The notes: generated by a model not told the origin, from the letters alone. A stretch of DNA of 64,000 nt from a virus (IMGVR_UViG_2545824688_000002:1-64000), one strand, 5' to 3'. Shown: positions 1 to 9,961, counted from the first letter of the stretch. Made by a program: numbers and translations.

Positions 1-1263
1 CTAAGCATACGTTCTCAGCATCTCCCTCAATTGTCTTACAGCATCTTCAATCGCATCAAGCTGTTCATTTATACCATTAACTTCCGAATTATTGTCAAAA
101 CAAGCAACAGCTTCTGTTAAGTAAGTGTTTGCTTTTTGCACCCTCCCCATGACGAAATTTTTGTTTCTCCGATCTTTTTCACGTTCTTTTTCCTCATCAA
201 TTACATCCCGAACCACTTCAAGTATTTGCTCTTGATGTTCGAAATTTGAAACCACGATTGCCAAATTTTCCAATGTGGATTCATCATTGTCTCCACCGAG
301 AATGTCATATCTATCTGCTTGATCACTGACGGCACTGATTTCCGATTCCAATTCCTCGGCTAGCCGGTCGATGATCTTTGGTAAATATTCGGCTACTTGA
401 GGAATCGTTTCATAAAGTCTCCCTTGTGCAGGACTGTCTATAATACAGTAAGTAATTGAGGTAAAGATATCTTTCTCAGCAGCATTATTTATCTTGTTTC
501 TACATTTACGTAACTGTTCAAAGGCGTATTTCGATTTTCCAACATTTTCATACTCCTTTGGCTTTTTTCGATTTTTCAGGTATGCATCGACATGTTCTAA
601 TTCATCAAGGAGCTCTTCAACATCCTTATCTTTCATACCATATAACTTAGCAAGATTAGTGTTACTAATATTCAACTGATTTTGCTTCTTTCGCAGCATA
701 CATGCTGTTGATATCCATGAGTAATCTGCCTTTATATCCTTTTTAATCTGCAATTGAGCTTCCAACTCATTGATGTCATCTTCACTGCAAGGTGGTAAGA
801 TAATTACATCTATGTATTTAAATCTCTGATACTTGTCCTTATCACTTTCGTACAGCTCACGAAGTGCACACAATCGTCTATTACCATTAACAACGAAGCC
901 CTGTCTTGTAAGGATTAATGGCTCCTCTTGAATATTGGTCTGAAAAAAGGAAATAAGATCAACGTTAGTAGACTTTAGCATTTTTTTCAACAGATCATGT
1001 TGAACGCTATGTACCTCTTCAGATTCCAAATCAGCTTCAAAATAGTCTTCGGGTAGTTCTAGATGTTTAGAAATATATTCTTCCTGGGCAGCCTGAGTTC
1101 GTCCATTAGCTAGTCGATACTTAGGCATTTCAATCGGAATAGTGTAGACATCAAATTGCTCCATTCTACCTTGAAATTTAAGTGGGTACTTCTTGTCTTG
1201 TCGAGTTGCACAAAGTTCGTCAATTAATTGCTTTCTTTTTGGCAAAGACCATCCTAATATCAT
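1..1263 (-). CDS. ParB/Sulfiredoxin-like N-terminal domain protein with helical C-terminus; probable defence-cluster component
   Basis: 420 aa; PLILT..G.VVNGNRRLCAL resembles the ParB/Srx GxRR motif; 4-nt overlap with the upstream REase-fold gene. Confidence 0.6.
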   Translation of the reverse strand: MILGWSLPKRKQLIDELCATRQDKKYPLKFQGRMEQFDVYTIPIEMPKYRLANGRTQAAQEEYISKHLELPEDYFEADLESEEVHSVQHDLLKKMLKSTNVDLISFFQTNIQEEPLILTRQGFVVNGNRRLCALRELYESDKDKYQRFKYIDVIILPPCSEDDINELEAQLQIKKDIKADYSWISTACMLRKKQNQLNISNTNLAKLYGMKDKDVEELLDELEHVDAYLKNRKKPKEYENVGKSKYAFEQLRKCRNKINNAAEKDIFTSITYCIIDSPAQGRLYETIPQVAEYLPKIIDRLAEELESEISAVSDQADRYDILGGDNDESTLENLAIVVSNFEHQEQILEVVRDVIDEEKEREKDRRNKNFVMGRVQKANTYLTEAVACFDNNSEVNGINEQLDAIEDAVRQLREMLRTYA

Positions 1264-1733
1264 TGCTCTTCCTCCTCATCTAATCCAATTACATATATCG
1301 GCATTGTAATCACGTGTTTAAAAAGACTTAATTCATTTGTCAATCTTTCAAAATTTGCTACATTCTTAGCAATTTTTAACGATGCAGATTTTGTTGGCAA
1401 AATATAGATTGCACATGTAGCTTTATCCTTTTGATAAAGGCTTTGAAGCTTAAGCAGATCAGCGTAAAACCTACTCATATTACCTGTTTGTAAACAGAGT
1501 CCAACTCTTTGGTTCATTGATGTTATACTGATCCCTTTTTCAACGTGGATTCTTGTCTTCCCTGACCAGCCTAACGAATTTAAAGATTGAATAATCGTTT
1601 TTCTCAGGTTAGTAGAGCAATTACTTTTAAAAGTGAAATCAAGTTGTCGGAGCATCAAAATAATTGGTTCTAACAAAGATGTGGGAACTGCATGCTCGCC
1701 AAAATTGTGTGAATAGGTCGTTATTTTCATCAT
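1260..1733 (-). CDS. BglII/BstYI-fold restriction endonuclease-like protein, possibly catalytically inactive
   Basis: RVGLCLQTGNMSRFYADLLKL resembles the BglII-family V.VEVQFGN...YYDL.K segment; next to an MTase. Confidence 0.6.
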   Translation of the reverse strand: MMKITTYSHNFGEHAVPTSLLEPIILMLRQLDFTFKSNCSTNLRKTIIQSLNSLGWSGKTRIHVEKGISITSMNQRVGLCLQTGNMSRFYADLLKLQSLYQKDKATCAIYILPTKSASLKIAKNVANFERLTNELSLFKHVITMPIYVIGLDEEEEQ

Positions 1734-1794
1734 TACCTCTTAACTAGTGTTTTTTAATATAGGTCTATCGAATCAAAACTAGCTCTATTATAAC

Positions 1795-1820
1795 AAAAAA
1801 GTACCAGTTTTCACTGGTAC
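1795..1820 (-). terminator. Hairpin plus U-tract after the MTase (may double as an operator over the downstream promoter)
   Basis: GTACCAGT-TTTC-ACTGGTAC with a T-run following on the minus strand; TG-n-TATAAT immediately downstream. Confidence 0.5.
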
Positions 1821-1838
1821 CTGCCCAACTTTTTCATT

Positions 1839-2783
1839 TTATTTCTTTAACTTCCACTCTTCTGGTACTTGAGCTACCTTCCCCCTTGGTTTATGAACTT
1901 CCGTACCTAAGGGTCTAACTCTCAATTCGTTCTTTTCAAACGCTTTAATTCTTTCCGTCCCTACCTCAATGTATTCCTTCTCTTTCTCAATTCCGATGGC
2001 CTTTCGCCCGTTTTTTACTGATGCAATTAATGACGAAGCGACACCTGCAAATGGGTCAAGTATCCAATCTCCTTCATTAGATAGAGCTAAAACACAGCGC
2101 TCGACTAGTTCCACAGGGAACTGACAAGGATGTATTGTCTTTTCTACATGATTAGCTTTAACATTTGGTATGTCCCAAAGCCCTGTCTCCCATTCTTTTT
2201 GGAGCAACTCCCAGATGTCAGATGGATTTTTTCCCATAGGGTTCCCTGTTGGTTTGCCCTTATTTTTCCCTCTGTATCCACGCTTACCAGGATACTTTGA
2301 AGGAATTCTTACAGGATCTAAGTTAAAAACATACTGGTCTGTCTTGGTAAACCATAAAATTGTTTCATATCTACCTGAGAAACGTTTTGTCGCATGAAGT
2401 CCGTGACCGAAATGCCAAATGATTCTATTTCGTAACTGTAAACCATGCTTCTTAAAAATCTTATAGTAGTACATATCGAGAGGATAAACTTCACCATTTT
2501 CAATGTAATTCCCTACTTGCCAACAGATACTTCCCGTATCTGAAGTTACTCGGATTAATTGTTCAATTATCTTCTCCTGGGTTTCCAGGTACTTTTCAAT
2601 AGAAGTTTTTGTTTCATATTCTTTCCCAACGTTATACGGAGGAGAAGTTATAACCAACTGAACCTGATTAGAATCAAGTGAATTTAAAAAATCGAAAGCA
2701 TCACCATGATGAAAAACAATACGGCTATCTTCCAGTAATTTATCGTCAACTCTTGTCTCTTCTAAATGGCTAGCTTCAATCAT
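1839..2783 (-). CDS. Site-specific DNA methyltransferase, N4-C/N6-A, beta class
   Basis: N-terminal TSPPY catalytic motif, HPCQFP, C-terminal LDPFAG SAM-binding motif. Confidence 0.92.
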   Translation of the reverse strand: MIEASHLEETRVDDKLLEDSRIVFHHGDAFDFLNSLDSNQVQLVITSPPYNVGKEYETKTSIEKYLETQEKIIEQLIRVTSDTGSICWQVGNYIENGEVYPLDMYYYKIFKKHGLQLRNRIIWHFGHGLHATKRFSGRYETILWFTKTDQYVFNLDPVRIPSKYPGKRGYRGKNKGKPTGNPMGKNPSDIWELLQKEWETGLWDIPNVKANHVEKTIHPCQFPVELVERCVLALSNEGDWILDPFAGVASSLIASVKNGRKAIGIEKEKEYIEVGTERIKAFEKNELRVRPLGTEVHKPRGKVAQVPEEWKLKK

Positions 2784-3606
2784 AGAAACACAAACTCCTC
2801 TACACTAAACTATTATGCCATCCAATCATACCACATAGCGTAAAAAAGATCTATCGAAAGTGAGTATTTTGTTCACTTTGCGGTGTGCAAAAAATACAAA
2901 ACAAAAAGCCTAGTAACAATGAAATCCTACTAAGCTCTTGAAAGGTTTTATATCTTTTCCTATCAGTTTTTTCATGAATATGTATGTAACCGTCAGCTGT
3001 TAGTAAAACGGATATTCGTTATCCTAACACCGGATGCCTCACCCCAAACCACCGATAAGAGGGCAAAGTTATTATTTCAACCGATTGCTTAAATGCGTTG
3101 AAGTGTTTTGTTCACTTTTCACTCCTCTCTGAACTAACAAATGCCAGCTGACGGTTCGCTTCCTCAACCTGGCGTAAAAGCTTTCCTTGCGCCGCCCATT
3201 TCCTGGAGTTTCTTTGTATGAACCAACATTGAAGTAATTCACACCTAGCCTTATCCCCTACCTCAAGGTATGGGAGATCCAATTAAACAAAGACCGAATA
3301 AAATCCGAAAACCTTTGGGAAGCGGGAGAAAACTTCTTTTTATTCTCAGCTTGGAACTCCAAGCCACTCTTCCCATCCAGTGTAAAGACATGGTGGTTAC
3401 GCTTTATAAAAAGACATGAATTAAGGTATATTCATTTTCACGATCTGCGTCATACCTCGGCAACCTTATTAATTATTCAAGGGTGTGAATGCTAATCTAA
3501 TTCTTGACCACCTTGTGGTATTACGCTCACAAAAAAATTGACCACCTGAGCACCTCTTTCCTGTATCTTGAAGTTGCTGAGACAACAAGATATAGGAGGA
3601 AAGGAA

Positions 3607-5101
3607 ATGCTTCAGATGGCTAATTATGAGTTTATCAGGAAACAGCACTTCGTGCTAGGAAAACCAATCCGTCAAATCTCAAGGGAGACAGGATATTCTC
3701 GGCAAGTCATACGCAAAGCACTAACATCTACGGAATTTCCCGTTTACAAGCTTTCCAAACCGAAGCCAAAACCAGTTATTGAGTCGGTTAAACCAATCAT
3801 CTTGGAGTGGCTGCGTCAAGATGAACAAGCCCCTCCAAAGCAGCGACACACTGCCAAACGCATTTACCAAAGACTTGGATTTCACGGGCGGTGAATCAAC
3901 CATTCGCCGCTATGTTAGACAACTGCGAGTCTCTCCACCAAAAAGCGTACGTTCCTCTTGAATTCCCGCCAGGGAAGTTTACTCAATTCGACTGGGGAGA
4001 GGTTGATATTCTACTGTTTGGAAAGCAAGTTACCGTCCAAGTATTCTGTTTGCGGTGCACGTATAGCCGGAAAATCTTTGTCCAAACGTTCTTTCATCAA
4101 AAACAGGAAGCATTTTTACAAGGTCATGCAAATGCCTTCGAGTTTCTTGGAGCCGTACCTCAAACCATTGTCTATGACAATTTAAAGACCGCCGTGTGAT
4201 TCTGGAGGGGAAAAATAGAGAATAACAAGAGCGGTTTATCCAATTACGAGCACACTATTTGTTCGAAAGTTACTTCTGTGAGCCCGCAAAAGGTAACCAA
4301 AAAGGGCAAGTCGAGAACCTTGTTAAACTGGTCAAGCAGCAGTTTTTTACGCCGATGCCTTCTGCATCCTCTTTAGATGAACTAAATCGTTGGTTGTTGG
4401 AAAAATGCATGTCTTACGAAAATACCAAAGTTCCACGATCAACAATTACGGTGGCTGATGCTTTTATTGAAGATAAGGCGAATATGTTGCCTCTTCCACC
4501 TCAGCCTTTAGAGTGCTATTGGATGCTACCAGTCAAGAGCAATTCGCTCTCCTTGATTACCTTTGAGCAAAACTCATACTCCGTACCTGTTTCTTATGCC
4601 TTGAAGGAGTTAGTATGCCGTGTTTATGCGGATGATCTTGCGATCTATCATCATGGAGAGCTTATCGCTACCCATAAACGTTGTTTTGAAAAAGGAAAAG
4701 AGATTTTTGATTATGATCATTACCTCGATCTTCTGTTGATTAGACCGGGATCTGTTCTTTACGCTCGGCCCTTACAGAAGGCAAAATTGCCTGACATTTA
4801 TCACCAGTTTCTGGACAGGTGCAAATATCGGTCTGGAGGAATGAAAGACTTTATCCGCGTTCTCTTATTACATCGGGAGTTCGAGCCCTCCTTGGTCGAA
4901 GATACGTTACGAGAATCAACCCAGAAAGGGATTTTTCAGTACGATGCCGTCAGGCAACTTCTTCTCCAACGAACACTACCAGAGCATCGGGTTCCTGCCC
5001 TTGCTTTTGGGACGGACAGTCATGTCCCTGTTATCCGAGTAAAGTCCCCCAATCTTACTCAGTACAATGACTTGTTGCAAAAAAGGAGTGTGGTTCATTG
5101 A
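3607..5101 (+). pseudogene. istA: IS21 transposase IstA, frameshifted with premature stops
   Basis: Fragments 3568-3894, 3891-4199 and 4259-5101 carry an HTH, QFDWGE, YDNLKTAV, KGQVEN and YSVP. Confidence 0.9.
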
Positions 5102-5839
5102 GTACATCATTTCTACTTGAAACCTATGCAAAACGTCTACGCTTGCCCGCAATTAAGAAGTTCTATAAGGAAATGGCTCATGATGCTATGGAGCGTCAAA
5201 TCCCTTATGAAGATTTCCTTTTGGCTCTTTTGGAGCAAGAAGTTTTGCAGCGGGATGTGAATCAAATTGCATCCCGTACCAAACAGGCAAGGTTCCCTTC
5301 GATTAAAACCATGGATCAATATGACTTTTCAGTCACGCCAACCCTAAATAAACCGAAGGTTCTCCAACTGTCTCGTTGCGAGTACATCGAGAAGGCTGAG
5401 AATGTAATCTTTATCGGGAATTCGGGCACTGGGAAAACGCATTTATCGATTTCCCTTGGGATGGAAGCTTGCCGTCACGGTTACACCATTCAATTCTGGA
5501 CAGCAGCTAAACTATGTAATGAACTGATGGAAGCTCAATCAGAGAAGCGCTTGCTCCAATTGGAAAACAATGGTTAAAAGTCGATCTAGCTATTCTTGAT
5601 GAGGTAGGGTTTGTTCCTCTAAGTAAAACAGGAGCGGAGCTACTTTTCAATTCTGTGCTGCTCGTTATGAAAAAGGAAGCATGATCCTTACTATCAATTT
5701 GGATTTCGCTAACTGGACTCAAGTGTTCGAGGATGAACAAATGACGGCCGCATTAGTGGATCGACTTACCCACCGAGCTCACATTTTTGGAATGAACGGC
5801 GACAGTTATCGGTTTAAGCAAAGCTTTAAGCAATCGTGA
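5098..5839 (+). pseudogene. istB: IS21 helper ATPase IstB, frameshifted
   Basis: GNSGTGKTH Walker A; ILDEVGF and AALVDRLTH lie in other frames downstream. Confidence 0.9.
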
Positions 5840-6099
5840 TCATGAAAAAGTTACCACCCGTCGGGTGGTAATAATTTTACCATGGTGGTCAATTTTTTGA
5901 TGAGCACGGTGGTCAACTTTTTGATTGACATTCACACAAGGGGTACACGCAAAAACCATTAGTAGTCGTCTTGGTCATGCTAAAATTTCTACGACAATGG
6001 ATATTTATGGACATGCCCTGCAGTCGGCAGACAAGGAAGCAGCCAAACACTTCGATTCTCTTTTTCAGTCAAAAAAGGGTAAGGCAAACGCTTTAAAAT

Positions 6100-6121
6100 T
6101 CCGTCCCCAATCCGTCCCCAA
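6100..6121 (+). repeat. Tandem 11-bp direct repeat, probable integrase arm-type sites of the older island
   Basis: TCCGTCCCCAA x2 between the integrase end and the tRNA fragment. Confidence 0.5.
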
Positions 6122-6211
6122 TTAGTAAAAACCATAGCTTATTCAACAGCTTGGAGAATCCACAAAATAAGAAAAACCCCTGATTTCTCAAGGGTTTCAG
6201 CATTCGTTATA

Positions 6212-6256
6212 TGGTGATCCGGACTGGGTTCGAACCAGCGACCCCCACCCTGTCAA
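6212..6256 (-). tRNA. 3' half of tRNA-Val(GAC); prophage att core, not a complete gene
   Basis: Minus strand TTGACAGGGTGGGGGTCGCTGGTTCGAACCCAGTCCGGATCACCA gives anticodon loop, T-arm and CCA; no D-arm or 5' acceptor strand upstream. Confidence 0.88.
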
Positions 6257-6442
6257 TTGACCGGTAGTGGTTCCGTAGCCTTACGGACAGTCATCCGGTT
6301 GTCCAGTACGGCAGTCCATTCGCTATGTATCAACGTTTATGCGCGGTGTTCTTCCATACGCTCTATTCCGTTCATCCGTTATTATAGCCTACAGGAGCGC
6401 TACCACGCAAATTTTTCGACCCACATACTGATATATTCGCGA

Positions 6443-8968
6443 TTACCTCGATATATTACACATCCTCGCCATCACCACGCAATGTTGCTCGTCACCCACC
6501 CGAAGCATGTTCAGCGCGTGATACCTCGGCATCCTCACGTAATCCTCCACGGTAAAAGGCGCAAGCTCCTCCGCCAGCTCCCGGAATGTCTTCTTGCTCG
6601 CGCGGAACACGGTATAGTGCGGCCCCGCACTTCGTACGATTTCCGCGAGGTCACCCGGAATCTGCTCCCACGAATGGAACATCCACACGTAGCCCACCCG
6701 CCATTTACGCGATTCCACCGCCGCCGACTTCCACGTTCGCGCTGACCGAAGGAACTGGTGCGGCTCGTCATATATAAGGAAGAACGGAAACTGGTCCGCC
6801 TCCTCCCGTAGCACCATCGCCAAGTCCGCCTTGATCGCGAGCAGGTTCACGATAAGGTCGACCGACTCCGCGCCAAGCACCGATTTTGGCACGTCGATCA
6901 CGACCGCCCTCCTTTCGCTCATCAACGCAACCATATCGATGGACCGGTCGGACTCGAAGCATTCCGCCAGATATTCGTCGCCCAGGATCGTGTCCAGCCG
7001 GTTATATATCGGTGCGAGAATCTGAGCCCGTTTTCCGTCCGTCATCCTTCCGTAATCTTCGAGCGTAGTCCGGTGCATTCCTGGCCTCATTTCCGCGATA
7101 CAGTCCGCCCGGTACTCGTCTTCCTCAAATATTCGCATGATTTCCGAAAGCCGCGACGAACGCATTCCGAATATGGCTGCGCGAAGGTAACGGGCCGTCT
7201 GCGCTCCTGCCTCGTCGGTCGCCGTATTGAAGAACGAGATGATCGCGTTGGCAAGTCGGTTGCGTGCGCGCGGCGACCGGTTGACCTCGCAGAAATCGAG
7301 CGAAAAAGGCGTTGCACCGTCAATTCGTATCCGGGTTACGCGGTCATTCCCGAGGGCTGCCGTCACCATATCGCCAATCTGTCCTTTCGCGGGATCAATC
7401 GCCAGCCCACCGAAACCGTTCCGGACGGCCTCGATCAGCAGGCGCGCCCCCGCCGTAGTCTTACCGGAGCCCATGCCGCCGATGATGACGCGCGGCAAAC
7501 AGAGCGTGTCGTGGTCATCCGTCGGCATGTAAACGGGTATCTCCGCGCCCTTGTGTTTGACGGACCCGAACCGCAGGCCGCCCGCTGTGATTTCCGCAGG
7601 GACACCCGTCTCAAGCTGCTTGATCGCGTCGATTCCATAGCGCTCCTGCAACGGCCGCGTCGGTAACAGGTACAGGCGCGACACCTCCGCTATCGACAGG
7701 TAATCCCGTTGCAACCGAATCCCCATCGTCCTCTCACGCATCTTCCGCCACGTCCGGTCGGCTGCCGTCTCGTTCGCGGTGAAATAGTTGTCACCGTCAA
7801 GTTCGCGGAATGCCATCGTGACCATCCGCATAATGGCGGTCGCCCTCGCTCTGTCCGAACAGACTACGCCAATGCGGACCACAACGTCGTATGCGTCGCC
7901 GCGCGTCTTGGCGAGTGTTTCCGATCGGAGTTTGCCTTCGCGGAGGATGGCTGCGCGCTCCCCTCCGTCAATGTTTATCGGCTCCGGCTCCTCGCCCGTC
8001 ATAAGTTCGGTCACGACGGAGATTGCGCCGAGCACCGTCTTCGTGGCGACCTTGAGCGCGGTGCGCCCGGCGGTTCGCTTATTCAGCGCGAGTTTCTGCG
8101 GCATCTCGCCCGCCTTAAACCGTTCGTACGCTTGCGTCGCCCCTTCGTACCAGTCACGCTCTGCCGGGACCGCGAGCGTCTGCACGTATACGGAGTCGTC
8201 CGCCTCCATTGCGCGAACCGTTTCGAGGAGCGACGCCAGGAACGAGTTCTCGCGCCGGTCCACACGAATCGCGAACATGTAGTGGTAGTGGAGACCGAGA
8301 GTTGCCGTCAGTGCCGGGCGCTCCCCGAACGGGTCGGTTACGTTTGTTATCGTTACGTTCGGCCACGTCGTTTCTATCGCCTTACGCGCGAGCGATTCGT
8401 AATCGCGGAGTATGGTTAGGGTAAAAGACGTTCCCTCACGCTGTAAGACGGTTTCAAACGAGACGAATGGGGCGCGGTCAATACGGAGGGCGGCGCGGTT
8501 CAACCGTTCAAGTGGCGATTGGTAAACGCAGAGTGTTTGCGCGAACTGTTCGACGGCTTCGTTGGTCAGGCGTGCGTCTGGAGTTATCCGTAGGTGGACT
8601 ACGGGCGCGGCGTCACCATCGCTTTGCCTACGCTCACCAATATCTGCATGATCGCGGGGGCAAACTGCATCCCCACGTAGCCTATCGCCGCCCACTTGAG
8701 AAACGCCAGCCCCTTCGAACGCTGCCCTACCATGATCAGCAGGAATCCACCGCATATCATCAGGAACGCGACCGGATACGATACACCCTGCGCCACCTCG
8801 ATCAACGGGTCGAACGCGCGGATAATCCGGTCGGCTATTCCGCTCGCCGCCTCCGCGTGCTCCAATCGCAACACGTACGCTGTCGTCACGCCCGCCAGGA
8901 GAGCGCTGAGTTTTCGTTTCTGCCGCGTTGTCAGTGCGCTCCCCATTTCGTCGAAAAAATCGCGCCAC
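6443..8968 (-). CDS. VirB4/TraG/HerA-FtsK-like P-loop ATPase (start uncertain)
   Basis: Walker A GGMGSGKTT, IDPAKG, Walker B IYDEPHQF, ESRKWRV; GAGGTGA RBS before GTG 8968. Confidence 0.75.
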   Translation of the reverse strand: MARFFRRNGERTDNAAETKTQRSPGGRDDSVRVAIGARGGGERNSRPDYPRVRPVDRGGAGCIVSGRVPDDMRWIPADHGRAAFEGAGVSQVGGDRLRGDAVCPRDHADIGERRQSDGDAAPVVHLRITPDARLTNEAVEQFAQTLCVYQSPLERLNRAALRIDRAPFVSFETVLQREGTSFTLTILRDYESLARKAIETTWPNVTITNVTDPFGERPALTATLGLHYHYMFAIRVDRRENSFLASLLETVRAMEADDSVYVQTLAVPAERDWYEGATQAYERFKAGEMPQKLALNKRTAGRTALKVATKTVLGAISVVTELMTGEEPEPINIDGGERAAILREGKLRSETLAKTRGDAYDVVVRIGVVCSDRARATAIMRMVTMAFRELDGDNYFTANETAADRTWRKMRERTMGIRLQRDYLSIAEVSRLYLLPTRPLQERYGIDAIKQLETGVPAEITAGGLRFGSVKHKGAEIPVYMPTDDHDTLCLPRVIIGGMGSGKTTAGARLLIEAVRNGFGGLAIDPAKGQIGDMVTAALGNDRVTRIRIDGATPFSLDFCEVNRSPRARNRLANAIISFFNTATDEAGAQTARYLRAAIFGMRSSRLSEIMRIFEEDEYRADCIAEMRPGMHRTTLEDYGRMTDGKRAQILAPIYNRLDTILGDEYLAECFESDRSIDMVALMSERRAVVIDVPKSVLGAESVDLIVNLLAIKADLAMVLREEADQFPFFLIYDEPHQFLRSARTWKSAAVESRKWRVGYVWMFHSWEQIPGDLAEIVRSAGPHYTVFRASKKTFRELAEELAPFTVEDYVRMPRYHALNMLRVGDEQHCVVMARMCNISR

Positions 8969-9033
8969 GGTATCACCTCGACTTTCTCGCGCCCAAATCG
9001 CGGAAATGATGGTAATGCGACCGAATAAAACAC
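8599..9033 (-). CDS. TrbC/VirB2 pilin-like membrane protein
   Basis: Leader ending AEAA, two hydrophobic helices (YPVAFLMICGGFLLIMVG; WAAIGYVGMQFAPAIM); RBS GAGGGGA before GTG 9033. Confidence 0.65.
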   Translation of the reverse strand: MFYSVALPSFPRFGREKVEVIPWRDFFDEMGSALTTRQKRKLSALLAGVTTAYVLRLEHAEAASGIADRIIRAFDPLIEVAQGVSYPVAFLMICGGFLLIMVGQRSKGLAFLKWAAIGYVGMQFAPAIMQILVSVGKAMVTPRP

Positions 9034-9094
9034 GGTATACCACTCCCCTCGTTTGTCGATACTACGCGTATACACACCGTTAGGAGGTCGCCCT

Positions 9095-9175
9095 ATGCCG
9101 TTACTCGTTTACGCTGGATATACGCTTGTTGCCGGTGGTCTCGGAATTATCGCGATCAAACTGTTCGCGTCCTAG
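9095..9175 (+). CDS. 26-aa hydrophobic single-TM peptide
   Basis: AGGAGG RBS; MPLLVYAGYTLVAGGLGIIAIKLFAS; below the ORF-track cutoff. Confidence 0.6.
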   Translation: MPLLVYAGYTLVAGGLGIIAIKLFAS

Positions 9176-9399
9176 TCGTAAATTACCGCATTCCCCTCGA
9201 TCCTGTACCGGACCCGATAACGCTCCTCTGCGTTGTTAATCCGCTGCACATGGTCGATAATATTCGGCGTATTCAAGCATAGTTTCACGAGGTCGAGTGC
9301 CATCGTCGTCGGATGCTTTCCGCACGCCACCGCCAGTCGCACGAGTTTCTTTCGTGTGTCTTCGTCAGGCGTGAGGCCAACGCGTTTTCCTGCGATCAT
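9172..9399 (-). CDS. Ribbon-helix-helix-like DNA-binding protein
   Basis: AAAGGAGG RBS; KRVGLTPDEDTRKKLVRLAVACGKHPTTMA pattern. Confidence 0.55.
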   Translation of the reverse strand: MIAGKRVGLTPDEDTRKKLVRLAVACGKHPTTMALDLVKLCLNTPNIIDHVQRINNAEERYRVRYRIEGNAVIYD

Positions 9400-9619
9400 A
9401 TGACCGCCTCCTTTCGTCATCTGTCGTAACCATACGCGGTGACCGCGTGACCTATGCACGTACGCACAAATAAAAACGAGCCCCGGCGCGGATTTCTCCG
9501 TACCAGGGCCGTTCTTATTCGGTGGGCAGACTCTCCCCCAACGCTGTCGCGCCTACGCGCTTAATCAGCGTATGATCGCGCCGACGAGAATATGCGTGTA
9601 CCTCCGAAAAAATACGGAG

Positions 9620-9961
9620 TCACTTCGTAACACTCACCACGTCCTCAATCCGAATCCACTTCGCATCCCAATCGCTGACAAGTTTAAAACGTTTCCGCAC
9701 CGCGTCAATCTCCTTCACAACGCCCCAATCCGTTTCGAACACGCCAAGCCCGCGCCGCATCTCCCGGAACCACTTTACGGTGATCGCGTAGTCATACTGC
9801 GTACTGTCGTAGATACGGAAACACGCTTCGTCAAAGTCCGCCTCGTCTACGTTCGGGCGCGGTTCCAGGTCTCGATCCGCGCTCATCCGTTGGATTTCCG
9901 CCTTGTACTCCGGTAGGATCATACGCATACTGCCGAATAGGTCATCGATCTTCTTCGCCAT
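9620..9961 (-). CDS. YolD-like protein
   Basis: SMRMILPEYK N-terminus and GVVKEID...WIRIEDVVSV C-terminus; SOS box upstream. Confidence 0.8.
   Translation of the reverse strand: MAKKIDDLFGSMRMILPEYKAEIQRMSADRDLEPRPNVDEADFDEACFRIYDSTQYDYAITVKWFREMRRGLGVFETDWGVVKEIDAVRKRFKLVSDWDAKWIRIEDVVSVTK

Larger units (their letters stand above)
3484..5936 (+). mobile_element. IS21-family insertion sequence (degenerate)
   Basis: Ends TGTGAATG...CATTCACA, subterminal TTGACCACC/GGTGGTCAA repeats, 6-bp target duplication CAAGGG (3478-3483, 5937-5942), istA/istB genes. Confidence 0.95.
3290..6125 (+). pseudogene. Tyrosine integrase C-terminal remnant interrupted by IS21
   Basis: FHDLRHTSATLLIIQG ends at 3483 and continues after the IS as VHAKTISSRLGHAKISTTMDIYGH; no N-terminal part found. 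Confidence 0.88.

Noticed and set aside
2988-3160. Inverted repeat AACCGTCAGCTG...CAGCTGACGGTT as a MITE or ncRNA
   Set aside because: Only 12 bp, no target duplication or recognisable family; probably debris at the deletion that truncated the integrase
6212-6290. Complete tRNA-Val gene
   Set aside because: Only the anticodon loop to CCA is present; the sequence beyond 6256 cannot form the D-arm or acceptor stem
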